Below, one piece after another: positions 11,309 through 21,266 of a DNA stretch of 64,000 bases. Location of the stretch: assembly GCA_046723735.1 (NCBI GenBank), contig JBKOVB010000114.1, positions 8,498-72,497 on the forward strand, written 5' to 3'. A program made the position numbers and the translations under genes. The stretch comes from Actinomycetota bacterium. Its GTDB lineage: Bacteria > Actinomycetota > Actinomycetes > Mycobacteriales > SCTD01. Each line of letters starts with the position of its first letter. Positions within the stretch are counted from its first letter, which is position 1. A model generated the notes under the pieces. That model was not told the DNA's origin. It did not search any database and saw only the letters and a program-made list of their open reading frames with translations.

Positions 11309-11405
11309 GGCTCGTGTAACCTGAACGTCATCTGCAGCAGGGCCAGCGACGTCCCGGGTGGCAGTGAGCACGAGGAGTCGTCCACCCCGACGGAAGGCCT
11401 GCACC

Positions 11406-14400
11406 ATGAGCACGACCGCCTTTCCCGCGCCCCAGGGCCTCTATGACCCGGCGAACGAGCACGACGCCTGCGGCGTCGCCTTCGTCGTGGACATCGCCGG
11501 GCGCGTCTCGCACGACATCGTGCTGCAGGGCGTCACCGCGCTCACCAACCTCGAGCACCGCGGTGCCTCGGGGGCCGAGCCGGAGACCGGTGACGGCGCC
11601 GGCATCCTCGTCCAGGTCCCTGACGCGTTCTACCGCGCCGTCCTGCCCGTCGCGCTGCCCGAGCAGGGTCACTACGCGGTCGGTACGGCGTTCCTCCCCA
11701 CCAACCCGCGGGCGGCCGTCGACGCGCAGCTGGCCATCGAGAAGATCGCGGCCGAGGAGGGCCTGCGGGTCGTCGTCTGGCGCGACCTGCCCACCGACGC
11801 CAAGGGCGCGGGCATCGGTCGGACCGCGGCCGAGGTCATGCCGGTGTTCCGCCAGCTGTTCCTCGCCGCCGCCGAGGGCGTCGAGCTCACGCCGTACGCC
11901 TTGGAGCGCCGCGCGTACGTGACGCGCAAGCGGGCCGAGCACGAGACCGGGACGTACTTCCCGTCGCTGTCCACCCGCACCGTCGTCTACAAGGGGATGC
12001 TCACGACCGAGCAGCTCCAGCCGTTCTTCCCGGACCTGTCGGACGAGCGGTTCGCGAGCGCGCTCGCGCTGGTGCACAGCCGGTTCAGCACCAACACGTT
12101 CCCGAGCTGGCCGCTGGCGCACCCGTACCGCTACATCGCCCACAACGGCGAGATCAACACCGTCAAGGGCAACCGCAACTGGATGCGGGCCCGGGAGGCT
12201 CTGCTGCGCGGCCCGCTCGAGCTGCCGGACGACCTGAGCCGGCTGTTCCCGATCTGCGCCCCGGGCGGCTCGGACTCGGCCAGCTTCGACGAGGTCCTCG
12301 AGCTGCTGCACATGGCCGGCCGGTCGCTGCCGCACGCGGTGCTCATGATGGTCCCGGAGGCGTGGGAGAACGCCGTCGACATGGACCCCGCGAAGCGGGC
12401 GTTCTACGAGTTCCACTCGTTCCTCATGGAGCCGTGGGACGGACCGGCCTGCGTGACCTTCACCGACGGCACGCTCATCGGTGCCGTGCTCGACCGGAAC
12501 GGCCTGCGGCCGTCGCGGTGGTGGGAGACCAAGGACGGCCGCGTCGTGCTGGCCTCCGAGGTCGGTGTGCTCGACATCCCCAGCGACCAGGTCGTGCGCA
12601 AGGGTCGGCTGCAGCCCGGCAAGATGTTCCTCGTCGACACGGCCAAGGGCCGCATCGTCGAGGACGACGAGATCAAGTCCGAGCTCGCCGCTGAGCACCC
12701 CTACCAGGACTGGTTGCACGCCGGCGTGGTGCGTCTCGAGGAGCTGCCCGAGCGCGAGCACGTGGTCTACACGCACGAGTCGGTCATGCGCCGGCAGCAG
12801 ACCTTCGGCTACACCGAGGAGGACCTGCGGGTCATCCTGCAGCCGATGGCCCGCACCGCCCAGGAGCCGATCGGCTCGATGGGCACCGACACGCCGGTGG
12901 CGGTCCTCAGCGAGAAGCCCCGACTGCTGTTCGACTACTTCAGCCAGCTGTTCGCGCAGGTGACGAACCCGCCGCTGGACGCGATCCGCGAGGAGCTCGT
13001 GACCTCGTTGGCGGGTTCGATCGGCCCGGAGGAGAACCTCCTCGAGCCGTCTGCCGCGAGCTGCCGGCAGGTCGTCGTACCGTTCCCGGTGATCGACAAC
13101 GACGAGCTCGCGAAGATCATGCACGTCAACGACGACGGCGACATGCCCGGGCTCGCGGCGGTCACGGTCTACGGCCTGTACCCCGTCAACGGCGGCGGCG
13201 AGGCGCTGCGAGACGCCCTCGACCGGGTCCGTCGCGAGGTGTCGACGGCCATCGCCAACGGCGCCCGCATCATCGTGCTGTCCGACCGCGAGTCGACCGA
13301 GCAGATGGCGCCGATCCCGTCGCTGCTGCTGACCAGCGCGGTGCACCACCACCTGATCCGGGAGAAGACCCGCACCCGGGTCGGCCTCATCGTCGAGGCC
13401 GGCGACGTGCGCGAGGTGCATCACGTCGCGCTCCTCGTCGGGTACGGCGCGGCTGCGGTCAACCCCTACCTGGCCATGGAGTCGGTCGAGGACCTGGTCC
13501 GCACCGGGACGCTCGACGGCCTCACCTACAAGCAGGCGCAGAAGAACCTCATCAAGGCGCTCGGCAAGGGCGTGCTCAAGGTGATGAGCAAGATGGGCAT
13601 CTCGACGATCGCGTCGTACACCGGTGCGCAGGTCTTCGAGGCGCTCGGGCTGTCGCAGGAGCTGGTGGACGAGTACTTCACCGGCACCACCAGCCGGCTC
13701 GGCGGCGTCGGCGTGGACGTGCTCGCCGCGGAGGTCGCGGCCCGGCACCGTCGTGCCTACCCGGCGAACGCCACCGAGCGCGCGCACCGGCGTCTCGAGG
13801 TCGGCGGCGAGTACCAGTGGCGCCGCGAGGGAGAGATCCACCTCTTCAACCCCGAGACGGTGTTCGCCCTTCAGCACTCGACCCGCTCGCAGCGCTACGA
13901 CCTGTTCAAGGACTACACCGCCAAGGTCGACGGGCTGTCCGAGCGGGCCGGCACGCTGCGCGGCCTGTTCAGCTTGCGCGAGGGGCTGCGCCAGCCGGTG
14001 CCGCTCGACGAGGTGGAGCCGGTCAGCGAGATCGTCAAGCGCTTCAACACCGGCGCCATGTCGTACGGCTCCATCAGCGCCGAGGCCCACGAGACCCTCG
14101 CCATCGCGATGAACCGTCTCGGAGGCCGGAGCAACACGGGGGAGGGCGGCGAGGACGTCGAGCGCCTGCACGACCCGGAGCGCTGCTCCGCCGTGAAGCA
14201 GGTCGCGTCCGGCCGGTTCGGCGTGACCAGCGAGTACCTCGTGCACGCCCGCGACATCCAGATCAAGATGGCCCAGGGCGCCAAGCCCGGCGAGGGCGGC
14301 CAGCTGCCCGGCCACAAGGTCTACCCGTGGATCGCCAAGACGCGGCACTCGACCGCGGGCGTCGGCCTCATCTCGCCGCCGCCGCACCACGACATCTACT

Positions 14401-15905
14401 CGATCGAGGACCTGGCGCAGCTCATCCACGACCTCAAGAACGCCAACACGCAGGCGCGCATCCACGTCAAGCTCGTGGCCGAGGTCGGCGTCGGGACGGT
14501 GGCGGCGGGCGTCTCCAAGGCGCACGCCGACGTGGTGCTCATCTCCGGCCACGACGGCGGCACCGGCGCCTCGCCGCTGACGTCGCTCAAGCACGCCGGG
14601 GCGCCGTGGGAGCTCGGCCTGGCCGAGACGCAGCAGACGCTGCTGCTCAACAACCTGCGCGACCGGATCGTGGTGCAGGTCGACGGGCAGCTCAAGACCG
14701 GACGCGACGTCGTCATCGCCGCGCTGCTCGGTGCCGAGGAGTACGGCTTCGCGACCGCTCCGCTGGTGGTCAGCGGCTGCGTGATGATGCGCGTCTGCCA
14801 TCTCGACACGTGTCCGGTAGGCATCGCCACCCAGAACCCCGAGCTGCGCAAGAAGTTCACCGGCCGCCCCGAGTTCGTCGTGACCTTCTTCGAGTACATC
14901 GCCGAGGAGGTCCGGGAGCACCTGGCACGCCTGGGCTTCCGCAGCATCGAAGAGGCCGTCGGCCACGCCGAGGTGCTCGACACCCGACGGGCGATCGAGC
15001 ACTGGAAGGCCTCCGGCCTTGACCTGGCCCCCGTTCTGCACGTGCCCGACCTGCCGGCCGGCACGCCGCTGACCCAGCAGGTGGCGCAGGACCACGGCCT
15101 CACGGGCGCGCTCGACAACACCCTGCTGCAGCTGTGCGAGCCGGCGCTCGCCGACGGCAGCAAGGTCACGCTCGAGCTGCCCGTGCGCAACGTCAACCGG
15201 ACCGTCGGCACCATGCTCGGCGCCGAGCTGACGCGCCGGTACGGCGGGGCAGGCCTGCCGGAGGGCACCATCGACATCACCTTCACGGGCTCGGCCGGCC
15301 AGTCGTTCGGCGCCTTCGCGCCCCGCGGCATCACGCTGCGCCTGCACGGAGACGCGAACGACTACGTCGGCAAGGGCCTCTCGGGTGGTCGGCTCGTCGT
15401 ACGGCCTGCGCTGGACGCGCCGTTCGCCGCGGAGGACAACGTCATCGCCGGCAACACGCTGCTCTACGGCGCCACCAGCGGCTCGCTGTTCGTGCGCGGG
15501 CGGGTCGGCGAGCGGTTCTGCGTCCGCAACTCCGGGGCGACCGCGGTGGTCGAGGGCGTGGGCGACCACGCCTGCGAGTACATGACCGGCGGCCGGGTGG
15601 CGATCATCGGCCCGACCGGGCGCAACGTCGCGGCCGGCATGAGCGGCGGCATCGCCTACGTCGTCGACCTCGACCCGCGCAACGTCAACACCGAGATGGT
15701 CGACCTCGACCCGCTCGACGACGGGGACCGGGAGACCCTCCGGCAGATGCTGGCGGAGCACGTCCAGGAGACCGGTTCCCCTGTGGCCCAGGCGCTGCTC
15801 GACCAGCCGGAGCGGTTCACCAAGGTCATGCCGCGCGACTACAAGCGCGTCCTCGCCGAGATGGCGGAGGAGTCCTCCGACTTCGCGACCGCAGGGAAGG
15901 GCTGA
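11406..15905 (+). CDS. gltB: Glutamate synthase large subunit GltB
   Basis: About 1500 aa. It has an N-terminal amidotransferase Cys ([11 protein letters not shown]), FMN/Fe-S central domains and a C-terminal GXGXG beta-helix region. An SD (GGAAGG) precedes the ATG at 11406. Confidence 0.95.
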   Translation: MSTTAFPAPQGLYDPANEHDACGVAFVVDIAGRVSHDIVLQGVTALTNLEHRGASGAEPETGDGAGILVQVPDAFYRAVLPVALPEQGHYAVGTAFLPTNPRAAVDAQLAIEKIAAEEGLRVVVWRDLPTDAKGAGIGRTAAEVMPVFRQLFLAAAEGVELTPYALERRAYVTRKRAEHETGTYFPSLSTRTVVYKGMLTTEQLQPFFPDLSDERFASALALVHSRFSTNTFPSWPLAHPYRYIAHNGEINTVKGNRNWMRAREALLRGPLELPDDLSRLFPICAPGGSDSASFDEVLELLHMAGRSLPHAVLMMVPEAWENAVDMDPAKRAFYEFHSFLMEPWDGPACVTFTDGTLIGAVLDRNGLRPSRWWETKDGRVVLASEVGVLDIPSDQVVRKGRLQPGKMFLVDTAKGRIVEDDEIKSELAAEHPYQDWLHAGVVRLEELPEREHVVYTHESVMRRQQTFGYTEEDLRVILQPMARTAQEPIGSMGTDTPVAVLSEKPRLLFDYFSQLFAQVTNPPLDAIREELVTSLAGSIGPEENLLEPSAASCRQVVVPFPVIDNDELAKIMHVNDDGDMPGLAAVTVYGLYPVNGGGEALRDALDRVRREVSTAIANGARIIVLSDRESTEQMAPIPSLLLTSAVHHHLIREKTRTRVGLIVEAGDVREVHHVALLVGYGAAAVNPYLAMESVEDLVRTGTLDGLTYKQAQKNLIKALGKGVLKVMSKMGISTIASYTGAQVFEALGLSQELVDEYFTGTTSRLGGVGVDVLAAEVAARHRRAYPANATERAHRRLEVGGEYQWRREGEIHLFNPETVFALQHSTRSQRYDLFKDYTAKVDGLSERAGTLRGLFSLREGLRQPVPLDEVEPVSEIVKRFNTGAMSYGSISAEAHETLAIAMNRLGGRSNTGEGGEDVERLHDPERCSAVKQVASGRFGVTSEYLVHARDIQIKMAQGAKPGEGGQLPGHKVYPWIAKTRHSTAGVGLISPPPHHDIYSIEDLAQLIHDLKNANTQARIHVKLVAEVGVGTVAAGVSKAHADVVLISGHDGGTGASPLTSLKHAGAPWELGLAETQQTLLLNNLRDRIVVQVDGQLKTGRDVVIAALLGAEEYGFATAPLVVSGCVMMRVCHLDTCPVGIATQNPELRKKFTGRPEFVVTFFEYIAEEVREHLARLGFRSIEEAVGHAEVLDTRRAIEHWKASGLDLAPVLHVPDLPAGTPLTQQVAQDHGLTGALDNTLLQLCEPALADGSKVTLELPVRNVNRTVGTMLGAELTRRYGGAGLPEGTIDITFTGSAGQSFGAFAPRGITLRLHGDANDYVGKGLSGGRLVVRPALDAPFAAEDNVIAGNTLLYGATSGSLFVRGRVGERFCVRNSGATAVVEGVGDHACEYMTGGRVAIIGPTGRNVAAGMSGGIAYVVDLDPRNVNTEMVDLDPLDDGDRETLRQMLAEHVQETGSPVAQALLDQPERFTKVMPRDYKRVLAEMAEESSDFATAGKG

Positions 15906-15907
15906 TC

Positions 15908-17344
15908 ATGGCCGACCCCCAGGGCTTCCTGAAGCTCGACCGGCACACCCCGACGCGGCGTCCCGTCGACGTCCGCATCAGGGACTGGAAAGAGGTCTAC
16001 GAGGACTTCCCGCCCGAGGCCGTCCGCGACCAGGCGTCGCGGTGCATGGACTGCGGGATCCCCTTCTGCCACAACGGGTGTCCGCTCGGCAACCTCATCC
16101 CCGAGTGGAACGACCTGGTCTACAGGGACGACTGGCGGGAGGCGATCGAGCGCCTGCACGCCACGAACAACTTCCCGGAGTTCACCGGTCGGCTCTGCCC
16201 GGCGCCGTGCGAGGCCGCCTGCGTCCTCGGCATCAACGACGACGCGGTCACCATCAAGCAGGTCGAGGTCGAGATCATCGACCGCGCCTTCGCGGAGGGC
16301 TGGGTCGAGCCGCAGCCGGCCAAGGAGCGGACCAGCCGCCGGGTCGCGGTCGTGGGTTCCGGCCCCGCCGGTCTGGCCGCGGCGCAGCAGCTCACCCGTG
16401 CCGGCCACGACGTGGTGGTCTACGAGCGGGCCGACCGCATCGGCGGCCTGCTCCGCTACGGCATCCCCGAGTTCAAGATGGAGAAGGCGGTCCTCGACCG
16501 GCGGCTCGCCCAGATGGAGGCCGAGGGCACCGTCTTCCGGGCGGGTGTCGACGTGGGCGTCGACGTCGGAGCCGAGGTCCTCAAGAGCGACTTCGACGCG
16601 GTCGTGCTCGCCGGCGGCTCCACGCTGGGCCGCGACCTCAAGGTCCCCGGTCGGGAGCTCGACGGCATCCACCTGGCGATGGACTACCTCGTGCCCGCCA
16701 ACAGGGTCCAGCAGGGCGACCTCGACACCTGGCCCATCACGGCCGAGGGCAAGCACGTCGTGATCATCGGCGGTGGCGACACCGGCGCGGACTGCCTCGG
16801 TACGGCGCACCGTCAGGGCGCGCTGTCGGTGACCCAGCTCGAGATCATGCCGGAGCCGCCCGCCACCCGAGCCGGCTCGACGCCCTGGCCGACCTGGCCG
16901 CTGATGATGCGCACCTCGAGCGCGCACGAGGAGGGCGGCGAGCGGGTCTTCTCCGTGAGCACCACACGCTTCGTCGGCAGCGACGGCAAGGTTGACGCCC
17001 TCGAGCTCGTCGAGGTCGACGCGCAGTTCCAGCCCGTGCCGGGCTCGGAGCGGACGCTGCCGGCCCAGCTGGTGCTGCTCGCGATGGGGTTCACGGGGCC
17101 GCAGACCGAGGGCCTGCTCACCGACCTCGGCGTGGACATCGACGGCCGCGGCAACGTGGTGCGTGACCGCTCCTGGCAGACCACGGTCCCGGGCGTCTTC
17201 GTCGCAGGTGACATGGGCCGCGGTCAGTCGCTCATCGTCTGGGCGATCGCGGAGGGTCGGGCTGCGGCCGCCGCGGTGGACGCGTATCTGTCCGGCTCCA
17301 CGACGCTGCCGGCACCCGTCGTTCCGACCAGCCGGGCGATGTAG
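15908..17344 (+). CDS. gltD: Glutamate synthase small subunit GltD
   Basis: The ATG lies 2 nt after the gltB stop. Cys clusters (CMDCGIPFCHNGCPLGN, CPAPCEAAC) and Rossmann motifs VAVVGSGPAG and VVIIGGGDTG are present. Confidence 0.95.
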   Translation: MADPQGFLKLDRHTPTRRPVDVRIRDWKEVYEDFPPEAVRDQASRCMDCGIPFCHNGCPLGNLIPEWNDLVYRDDWREAIERLHATNNFPEFTGRLCPAPCEAACVLGINDDAVTIKQVEVEIIDRAFAEGWVEPQPAKERTSRRVAVVGSGPAGLAAAQQLTRAGHDVVVYERADRIGGLLRYGIPEFKMEKAVLDRRLAQMEAEGTVFRAGVDVGVDVGAEVLKSDFDAVVLAGGSTLGRDLKVPGRELDGIHLAMDYLVPANRVQQGDLDTWPITAEGKHVVIIGGGDTGADCLGTAHRQGALSVTQLEIMPEPPATRAGSTPWPTWPLMMRTSSAHEEGGERVFSVSTTRFVGSDGKVDALELVEVDAQFQPVPGSERTLPAQLVLLAMGFTGPQTEGLLTDLGVDIDGRGNVVRDRSWQTTVPGVFVAGDMGRGQSLIVWAIAEGRAAAAAVDAYLSGSTTLPAPVVPTSRAM

Positions 17345-17369
17345 CCCCACCGCCCCACCGCCCGTTCCT

Positions 17370-17432
17370 TGATCAACAGGAGAACAGGCCTGAACACACC
17401 CGGCGTGTCGGGTAAGGAACTCCTGATGATCA
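17370..17432 (+). repeat. 13-nt inverted repeat (12/13 bp) downstream of gltD; candidate terminator or regulatory hairpin
   Basis: TGATCAACAGGAG (17370-17382) pairs with CTCCTGATGATCA (17420-17432) with one mismatch. An inner ACCCG/CGGGT stem lies in a locally AT-richer patch. Confidence 0.4.
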
Positions 17433-17500
17433 CGGAGGGGAGGCGCGACGTGGCGAGGTTCACCCTTTCCACGAGGCGGACGATCCGTCACCGTGGGTGA
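17426..17500 (+). CDS. Candidate 24-codon upstream ORF (MITEGRRDVARFTLSTRRTIRHRG)
   Basis: AAGGA lies 7 nt upstream of the ATG, and third-codon positions are almost all G/C. Its TGA overlaps the GTG start of the next gene (GTGGGTGA). No homology evidence is available. Confidence 0.25.
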   Translation: MITEGRRDVARFTLSTRRTIRHRG

Positions 17501-18305
17501 CGTGTACTCGCTGGTGAGCGCGGCCGTGCTGGCCCAGGACGTCGCGCGCCACCCGCACGCGGTGCGCCTGGGCGACGTCCTCGACCGTGTGCTCGCGCTC
17601 ACGCCCGCTGACCTGGCGCGCCTGCGCGACCCCGCGCCCGAGGCGGTGCGCACGCGGGTGCTCGCCGCGTGCGACGTGCCGCAGGTCTCGAGCGCCTTGC
17701 GCGAGATGGCCCGCGAGATCGACGGGCGCACCCGCCCGGTCGAGGTGCTCGAGGTGGGGCTGCTCGGGACCCTCGACGACCTGCACGCGATGCTGCTGTG
17801 CGAGCAGCCCCTCGCGAGCGCCCATCCCGACGCGGCGCAGGTGGCGCTCGACGCGGTGACCGCGGCGTGGGCAGGCCTGAACGCCACGCTGGCCGACGTC
17901 ACCGTGCTCGCCGGGCCGTTCGAGACCACCCTGCCACCGGTGGGACCGCCGCTCCCGCTGACCCCGCGCACCGCCGCCGTGCACGCCGTCCTGGACGAGG
18001 TGGCCCGCCGTACGACGCAGGCATGGGAGCGCACCGCCCAGGCCCACCGCTCACGCCGCGGCGACCGGAGCTGGAGCCAGGTGATGCACGAGGCCTGCCT
18101 CGCCGCGTACGACGCGAACCGCGTGGAGGAGGTCGCCCGCGCCCAGCTCGCCGCGGCCCGCGCGCTCGCGCTCACCCACACGGGCACGGCCCGGTCGGCC
18201 GTCGCCATGGCGGTGACCGCCGCGGTGCAGGCAGCGTGCACCGCCGATGTGCTGAGTGCCACGGCCCTCTCGACCCTGCGCGCCGACTGGGAGGCCGGGT
18301 CATAG
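17493..18305 (+). CDS. Hypothetical protein (Ala/Leu-rich, helical), probably co-transcribed with pyk
   Basis: This is the only long ORF with coding-like composition here. It ends 9 nt before the pyk start. I recognise no motif. Confidence 0.55.
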   Translation: MGDVYSLVSAAVLAQDVARHPHAVRLGDVLDRVLALTPADLARLRDPAPEAVRTRVLAACDVPQVSSALREMAREIDGRTRPVEVLEVGLLGTLDDLHAMLLCEQPLASAHPDAAQVALDAVTAAWAGLNATLADVTVLAGPFETTLPPVGPPLPLTPRTAAVHAVLDEVARRTTQAWERTAQAHRSRRGDRSWSQVMHEACLAAYDANRVEEVARAQLAAARALALTHTGTARSAVAMAVTAAVQAACTADVLSATALSTLRADWEAGS

Positions 18306-18314
18306 GGTGAGATC

Positions 18315-19748
18315 GTGAAGCGCCGCGCGAAGATCGTCTGCACCCTGGGGCCCGCGACGGCGTCGTACGAGAAGGTCCGCGCGCTCGTCTACGCGGGCAT
18401 GGACGTGGCCCGCCTGAACTTCTCGCACGGCTCGCACGAGGACCACGCGAAGGCCTACGAGTGGGTCCGGCAGGCCAGCGACGAGGCGGGGCGCGCGGTC
18501 GCGATCCTCGTCGACCTGCAGGGGCCCAAGATCCGGCTGGGGACCTTCGCCGACGGGGCCGTCGTCTGGGCCACCGGCGAGGAGGTCACGATCACCACCG
18601 AGCCGGTGGTCGGAACCCACGACCTCGTCTCCACGACGTACCCCGGTCTGCCCGGCGACGTGAGTCCCGGCGACCGTGTCCTCGTCGACGACGGCCGGGT
18701 GGCGCTGCGCGTGGTCGAGGTTGCCGGTCCGCGGGTGAAGCTCCATGTCACCGAGGGTGGCCCGGTCTCGAACAACAAGGGCGTCTCGCTGCCGAACGTC
18801 GCCGTGAGCGTGCCGGCCTTGTCGGAGAAGGACGAGACGGACCTGCGCTTCGGGCTCCGGCTGGGCGCAGACCTAGTTGCCCTGTCGTTCGTCCGTGACG
18901 CCGAGGACGTCGGGCCGGTGCACAAGATCATGGACGAGGTGGGCCGCCGGGTCCCGGTCCTCGCCAAGATCGAGAAGCCGCAGGCGGTCGCCGCGCTGGG
19001 AGAGGTCACCGACGCCTTCGACGGCCTCATGGTGGCCCGCGGCGACCTGGGCGTGGAGATGCCCCTCGAGCGGGTCCCGCTGGTGCAGAAGCGTGCCGTG
19101 GCGGCAGCGCGGGAGCGGCACAAGCCGGTCATCGTCGCGACCCAGATGCTCGACTCCATGATCACGAACAGCCGGCCCACGCGCGCCGAGGCGAGCGACG
19201 TCGCGAACGCCGTCCTCGACGGCGCCGACGCGGTGATGCTCTCGGGCGAGACGAGCGTGGGCGCCTACCCGGTCGAGACCGTGGCCACGATGGCACGGAT
19301 CGTCACCGCCGCGGAGGAACGGCTCTCGCTGGTGCCGCGCACGCTGAGCCAGCCCGACGGGATCCCCGACGCCATCGCGCGCGCCGCCGCGGCGGTGGGG
19401 GAGCAGGTGGGGGCGAAGGCGCTCGTCGCCTTCACGCAGAGCGGCGACACGGCCCGGTTGCTCGCCGCGCACCGGTCAGCCATCCCGCTGGTCGCCTTCA
19501 CGCCGCTGCCCGAGGTGCGCAACCACCTGGCGCTCGTGTGGGGCGTGCAGGCCTACCTCGCGCCGCCGGTGGACCACACCGACGAGATGGTCCGGCAGGT
19601 GGACCACGCCATGATCGAGCTCGTGCGGCTCAAGGAGGGTGACTACGTCACGATCGTGGCTGGGAGCCCGCCGGGGCGGCCCGGGTCCACGAACGCGCTC
19701 CGGGTGTGGCGGCTGGGCGACCCGCTTCCCACGCCGCCGGCGCCTTAG
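18315..19748 (+). CDS. pyk: Pyruvate kinase
   Basis: RRAKIVCTLGPA...ARLNFSHG...MVARGDLGVEMP...ATQMLDSM...EASDVANAV. Confidence 0.95.
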   Translation: MKRRAKIVCTLGPATASYEKVRALVYAGMDVARLNFSHGSHEDHAKAYEWVRQASDEAGRAVAILVDLQGPKIRLGTFADGAVVWATGEEVTITTEPVVGTHDLVSTTYPGLPGDVSPGDRVLVDDGRVALRVVEVAGPRVKLHVTEGGPVSNNKGVSLPNVAVSVPALSEKDETDLRFGLRLGADLVALSFVRDAEDVGPVHKIMDEVGRRVPVLAKIEKPQAVAALGEVTDAFDGLMVARGDLGVEMPLERVPLVQKRAVAAARERHKPVIVATQMLDSMITNSRPTRAEASDVANAVLDGADAVMLSGETSVGAYPVETVATMARIVTAAEERLSLVPRTLSQPDGIPDAIARAAAAVGEQVGAKALVAFTQSGDTARLLAAHRSAIPLVAFTPLPEVRNHLALVWGVQAYLAPPVDHTDEMVRQVDHAMIELVRLKEGDYVTIVAGSPPGRPGSTNALRVWRLGDPLPTPPAP

Positions 19749-20284
19749 ACGTACAGGTAGCGCGGCGCCTTCACCCGCATCTGGGAGAACGTCCCGGCAC
19801 CGTTCATGTTGTACTGGCGCACCAGGACCGAGCCGTCGCGGTAGATCCCGGCCACCCAGGCGACGTGGCCGTAGCGACCGGCCTGGAAGGTGCCGACGCC
19901 GCCGTTCGCGTAGTACGGCGACTTCTCGTACGCGTTCCACTGCGCGACCGCGCCCACCCTGGGCGTCCGGGTGACCGTCTTGTGGAGCGCCACGGCGGTG
20001 CTGTCCCAGTTCAGGGCGCTGCCCCAGTAGTAGGTGCGGCCGTTGTAGACCGTCCGGTTGTTGATCCGGTGGCCCATCTTGTAGAGGCGCCAGGCGGCGT
20101 AGCTCACGCACTGGCGCTTGGTGAAGCCGAACGTGTCGATGGCGGTCCGCGAGCTGTTGGCCCACGGGTAGTCGTCGGTGTAGGCGCGGGCCGGCGCGGT
20201 CGGCAGGAGGAGCCCTGCGATCAGGAGCAGGACGACCACGGGGGCGCGGCGGAGCAGCTGGGCAGGTGTCACACAAGGAGTCAT
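19745..20284 (-). CDS. Secreted CHAP-domain peptidoglycan amidase/peptidase
   Basis: Signal peptide (LLLIAGLLLPTAPARA), CHAP catalytic Cys context (FTKRQCVSYAAWR) and His (YGHVAWV). Its stop overlaps the pyk stop. Confidence 0.75.
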   Translation of the reverse strand: MTPCVTPAQLLRRAPVVVLLLIAGLLLPTAPARAYTDDYPWANSSRTAIDTFGFTKRQCVSYAAWRLYKMGHRINNRTVYNGRTYYWGSALNWDSTAVALHKTVTRTPRVGAVAQWNAYEKSPYYANGGVGTFQAGRYGHVAWVAGIYRDGSVLVRQYNMNGAGTFSQMRVKAPRYLYV

Positions 20285-20560
20285 CGGGGGATCGGGGGCA
20301 CTTCCTTAAGCGGCCGTCGCGGCGAGGACCGAGAGGAAGCCGACGGCGGTCGGTCGGGAACGGCCCGACGTGCCCCAGGGATCGGGGTCAGTCGGGCGAT
20401 CCGCCCAGAGGGTACGGGCGGATCTGACCGTGATGCCTTATGTGTCCGGTGAGAACGTGTGAGGCCTGTCACAGATGTCCCAGAAGGGACAAACGGTCAC
20501 GCACGTGAACGCGGCAGCCTACCGGGCTGCGGGCGTGGGGTGCTCAGCCCAACCGGAAAG

Positions 20561-20634
20561 TGCCCCGGGTGGGATTCGAACCCACACTGTCGGTGGTTTG
20601 AGCACCGTGCGTCTGCCGGTTGCGCGACCGGGGC
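20561..20634 (-). tRNA. tRNA, anticodon CAA (Leu), 74 nt, with an atypically short 5-nt variable loop
   Basis: The minus-strand cloverleaf folds by hand. Acceptor GCCCCGG/CCGGGGC, D arm GCG-CAACCGGCAGA-CGC, anticodon arm CGGTG-CTCAAAC-CACCG, variable ACAGT, T arm GTGGG-TTCGAAT-CCCAC, discriminator A. No CCA is encoded. Confidence 0.85.
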
Positions 20635-20660
20635 GGTCCGGGCTCAAGAGTAGGGGTCGC

Positions 20661-20666
20661 TACCCT
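20661..20666 (+). promoter_or_regulatory. Candidate -10 hexamer TACCCT for a leaderless pdtaR-like transcript
   Basis: It matches TAnnnT exactly 6 nt upstream of the GTG at 20673. Only 38 nt separate this start from the divergent tRNA. Confidence 0.45.
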
Positions 20667-20672
20667 GCCCGG

Positions 20673-21266
20673 GTGATCGAGACTCCGCGTCCGCGCCGCG
20701 TCGTCGTCGCCGAGGACGAGGTGCTCATCCGCCTCGACCTCCGCGAGATGCTCGAGGAGGAGGGCTTCGAGGTGGTCGGCGAGGCCGGGGACGGCGAGAC
20801 CGCCGTACGTCTTGCTCAGGACCTGCGCCCGGACGTGGTGATCCTCGACGTCAAGATGCCGGCTCTCGACGGCATCGCCGCGGCCGAGCAGATCGTCGCG
20901 GGCCGCGTCGCCCCCGTGGTGATCCTTACCGCGTTCAGCCAGCGCGACCTGGTCGAGCGGGCTCGGGAGGCGGGCGCGATGGCCTACCTCGTCAAGCCGT
21001 TCGAGAAGAAGGACCTGGTCCCCACGATCGAGATGGCCGTCTCGCGCTTCGCCGAGATCGTCGCGCTCGAGGGCGAGGTGTCCGACCTGACCGGCCGGCT
21101 GGAGACCCGCAAGCTGGTCGACCGGGCGAAGGGGGTGCTGCAGACCGAGCACGGCATGACCGAGCCGGAGGCCTTCCGGTGGATCCAGCGCACCAGCATG
21201 GACCGTCGCCGCTCGATGCGGGCGGTGGCCCAGGACGTCGTGGACGGGGTGCTCCCGGCGCGCTGA
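20673..21266 (+). CDS. pdtaR: ANTAR-domain response regulator (PdtaR-like)
   Basis: The receiver has an acidic pocket (VVAEDE) and a phospho-acceptor (VVILDVKMPALDG). The C-terminal ANTAR helices are present (RKLVDRAKGVLQTEHGMTEPEAFRWIQRTSMDRRRSMRAVA). Confidence 0.85.
   Translation: MIETPRPRRVVVAEDEVLIRLDLREMLEEEGFEVVGEAGDGETAVRLAQDLRPDVVILDVKMPALDGIAAAEQIVAGRVAPVVILTAFSQRDLVERAREAGAMAYLVKPFEKKDLVPTIEMAVSRFAEIVALEGEVSDLTGRLETRKLVDRAKGVLQTEHGMTEPEAFRWIQRTSMDRRRSMRAVAQDVVDGVLPAR

Noticed and set aside
11316-11331. A GlnR-box-like sequence, GTAAC-CTGAAC-GTCAT, upstream of gltB.
   Set aside because: Only the first half-site resembles the gTnAc-N6-GaAAc consensus. The second half (GTCAT) does not, which is too weak to claim.
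11328-15761. A 1477-aa ORF on the minus strand, antisense to gltB. Similar giants occur at 711-2435, 2483-4321, 4149-6491, 15839-18343, 22210-25005, 26909-30982, 42006-43556 and 52882-54060.
   Set aside because: These are shadow frames created by stop-codon scarcity in very GC-rich DNA. Their translations are Arg/Gly/Pro/Ala-rich and lack motifs, while the opposite strand carries unmistakable conserved proteins.
20285-20560. A possible cyclic-di-AMP (ydaO) riboswitch in the structured leader of the CHAP cell-wall hydrolase gene. The leader has a 9-bp stem GATCCGCCC/GGGCGGATC at 20398-20424 and other hairpins.
   Set aside because: I compared it by eye with the ydaO consensus blocks (AAUC, GGGGACCCA, GGGGUGAAUC, CCGACAGCUAACCUCGUAAGCG) and found no convincing match. 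It is probably just a structured UTR. An Infernal scan would settle it.
20540-20650. An alternative, longer class-II fold for the tRNA that uses flanking sequence to restore a long variable arm.
   Set aside because: The flanks (GCCCGGACC on the 5' side, CTTTCCGGTTGGGC on the 3' side) do not form a 7-bp acceptor stem. No extra stem-loop fits between the anticodon and T arms. Only the 74-nt fold is consistent.
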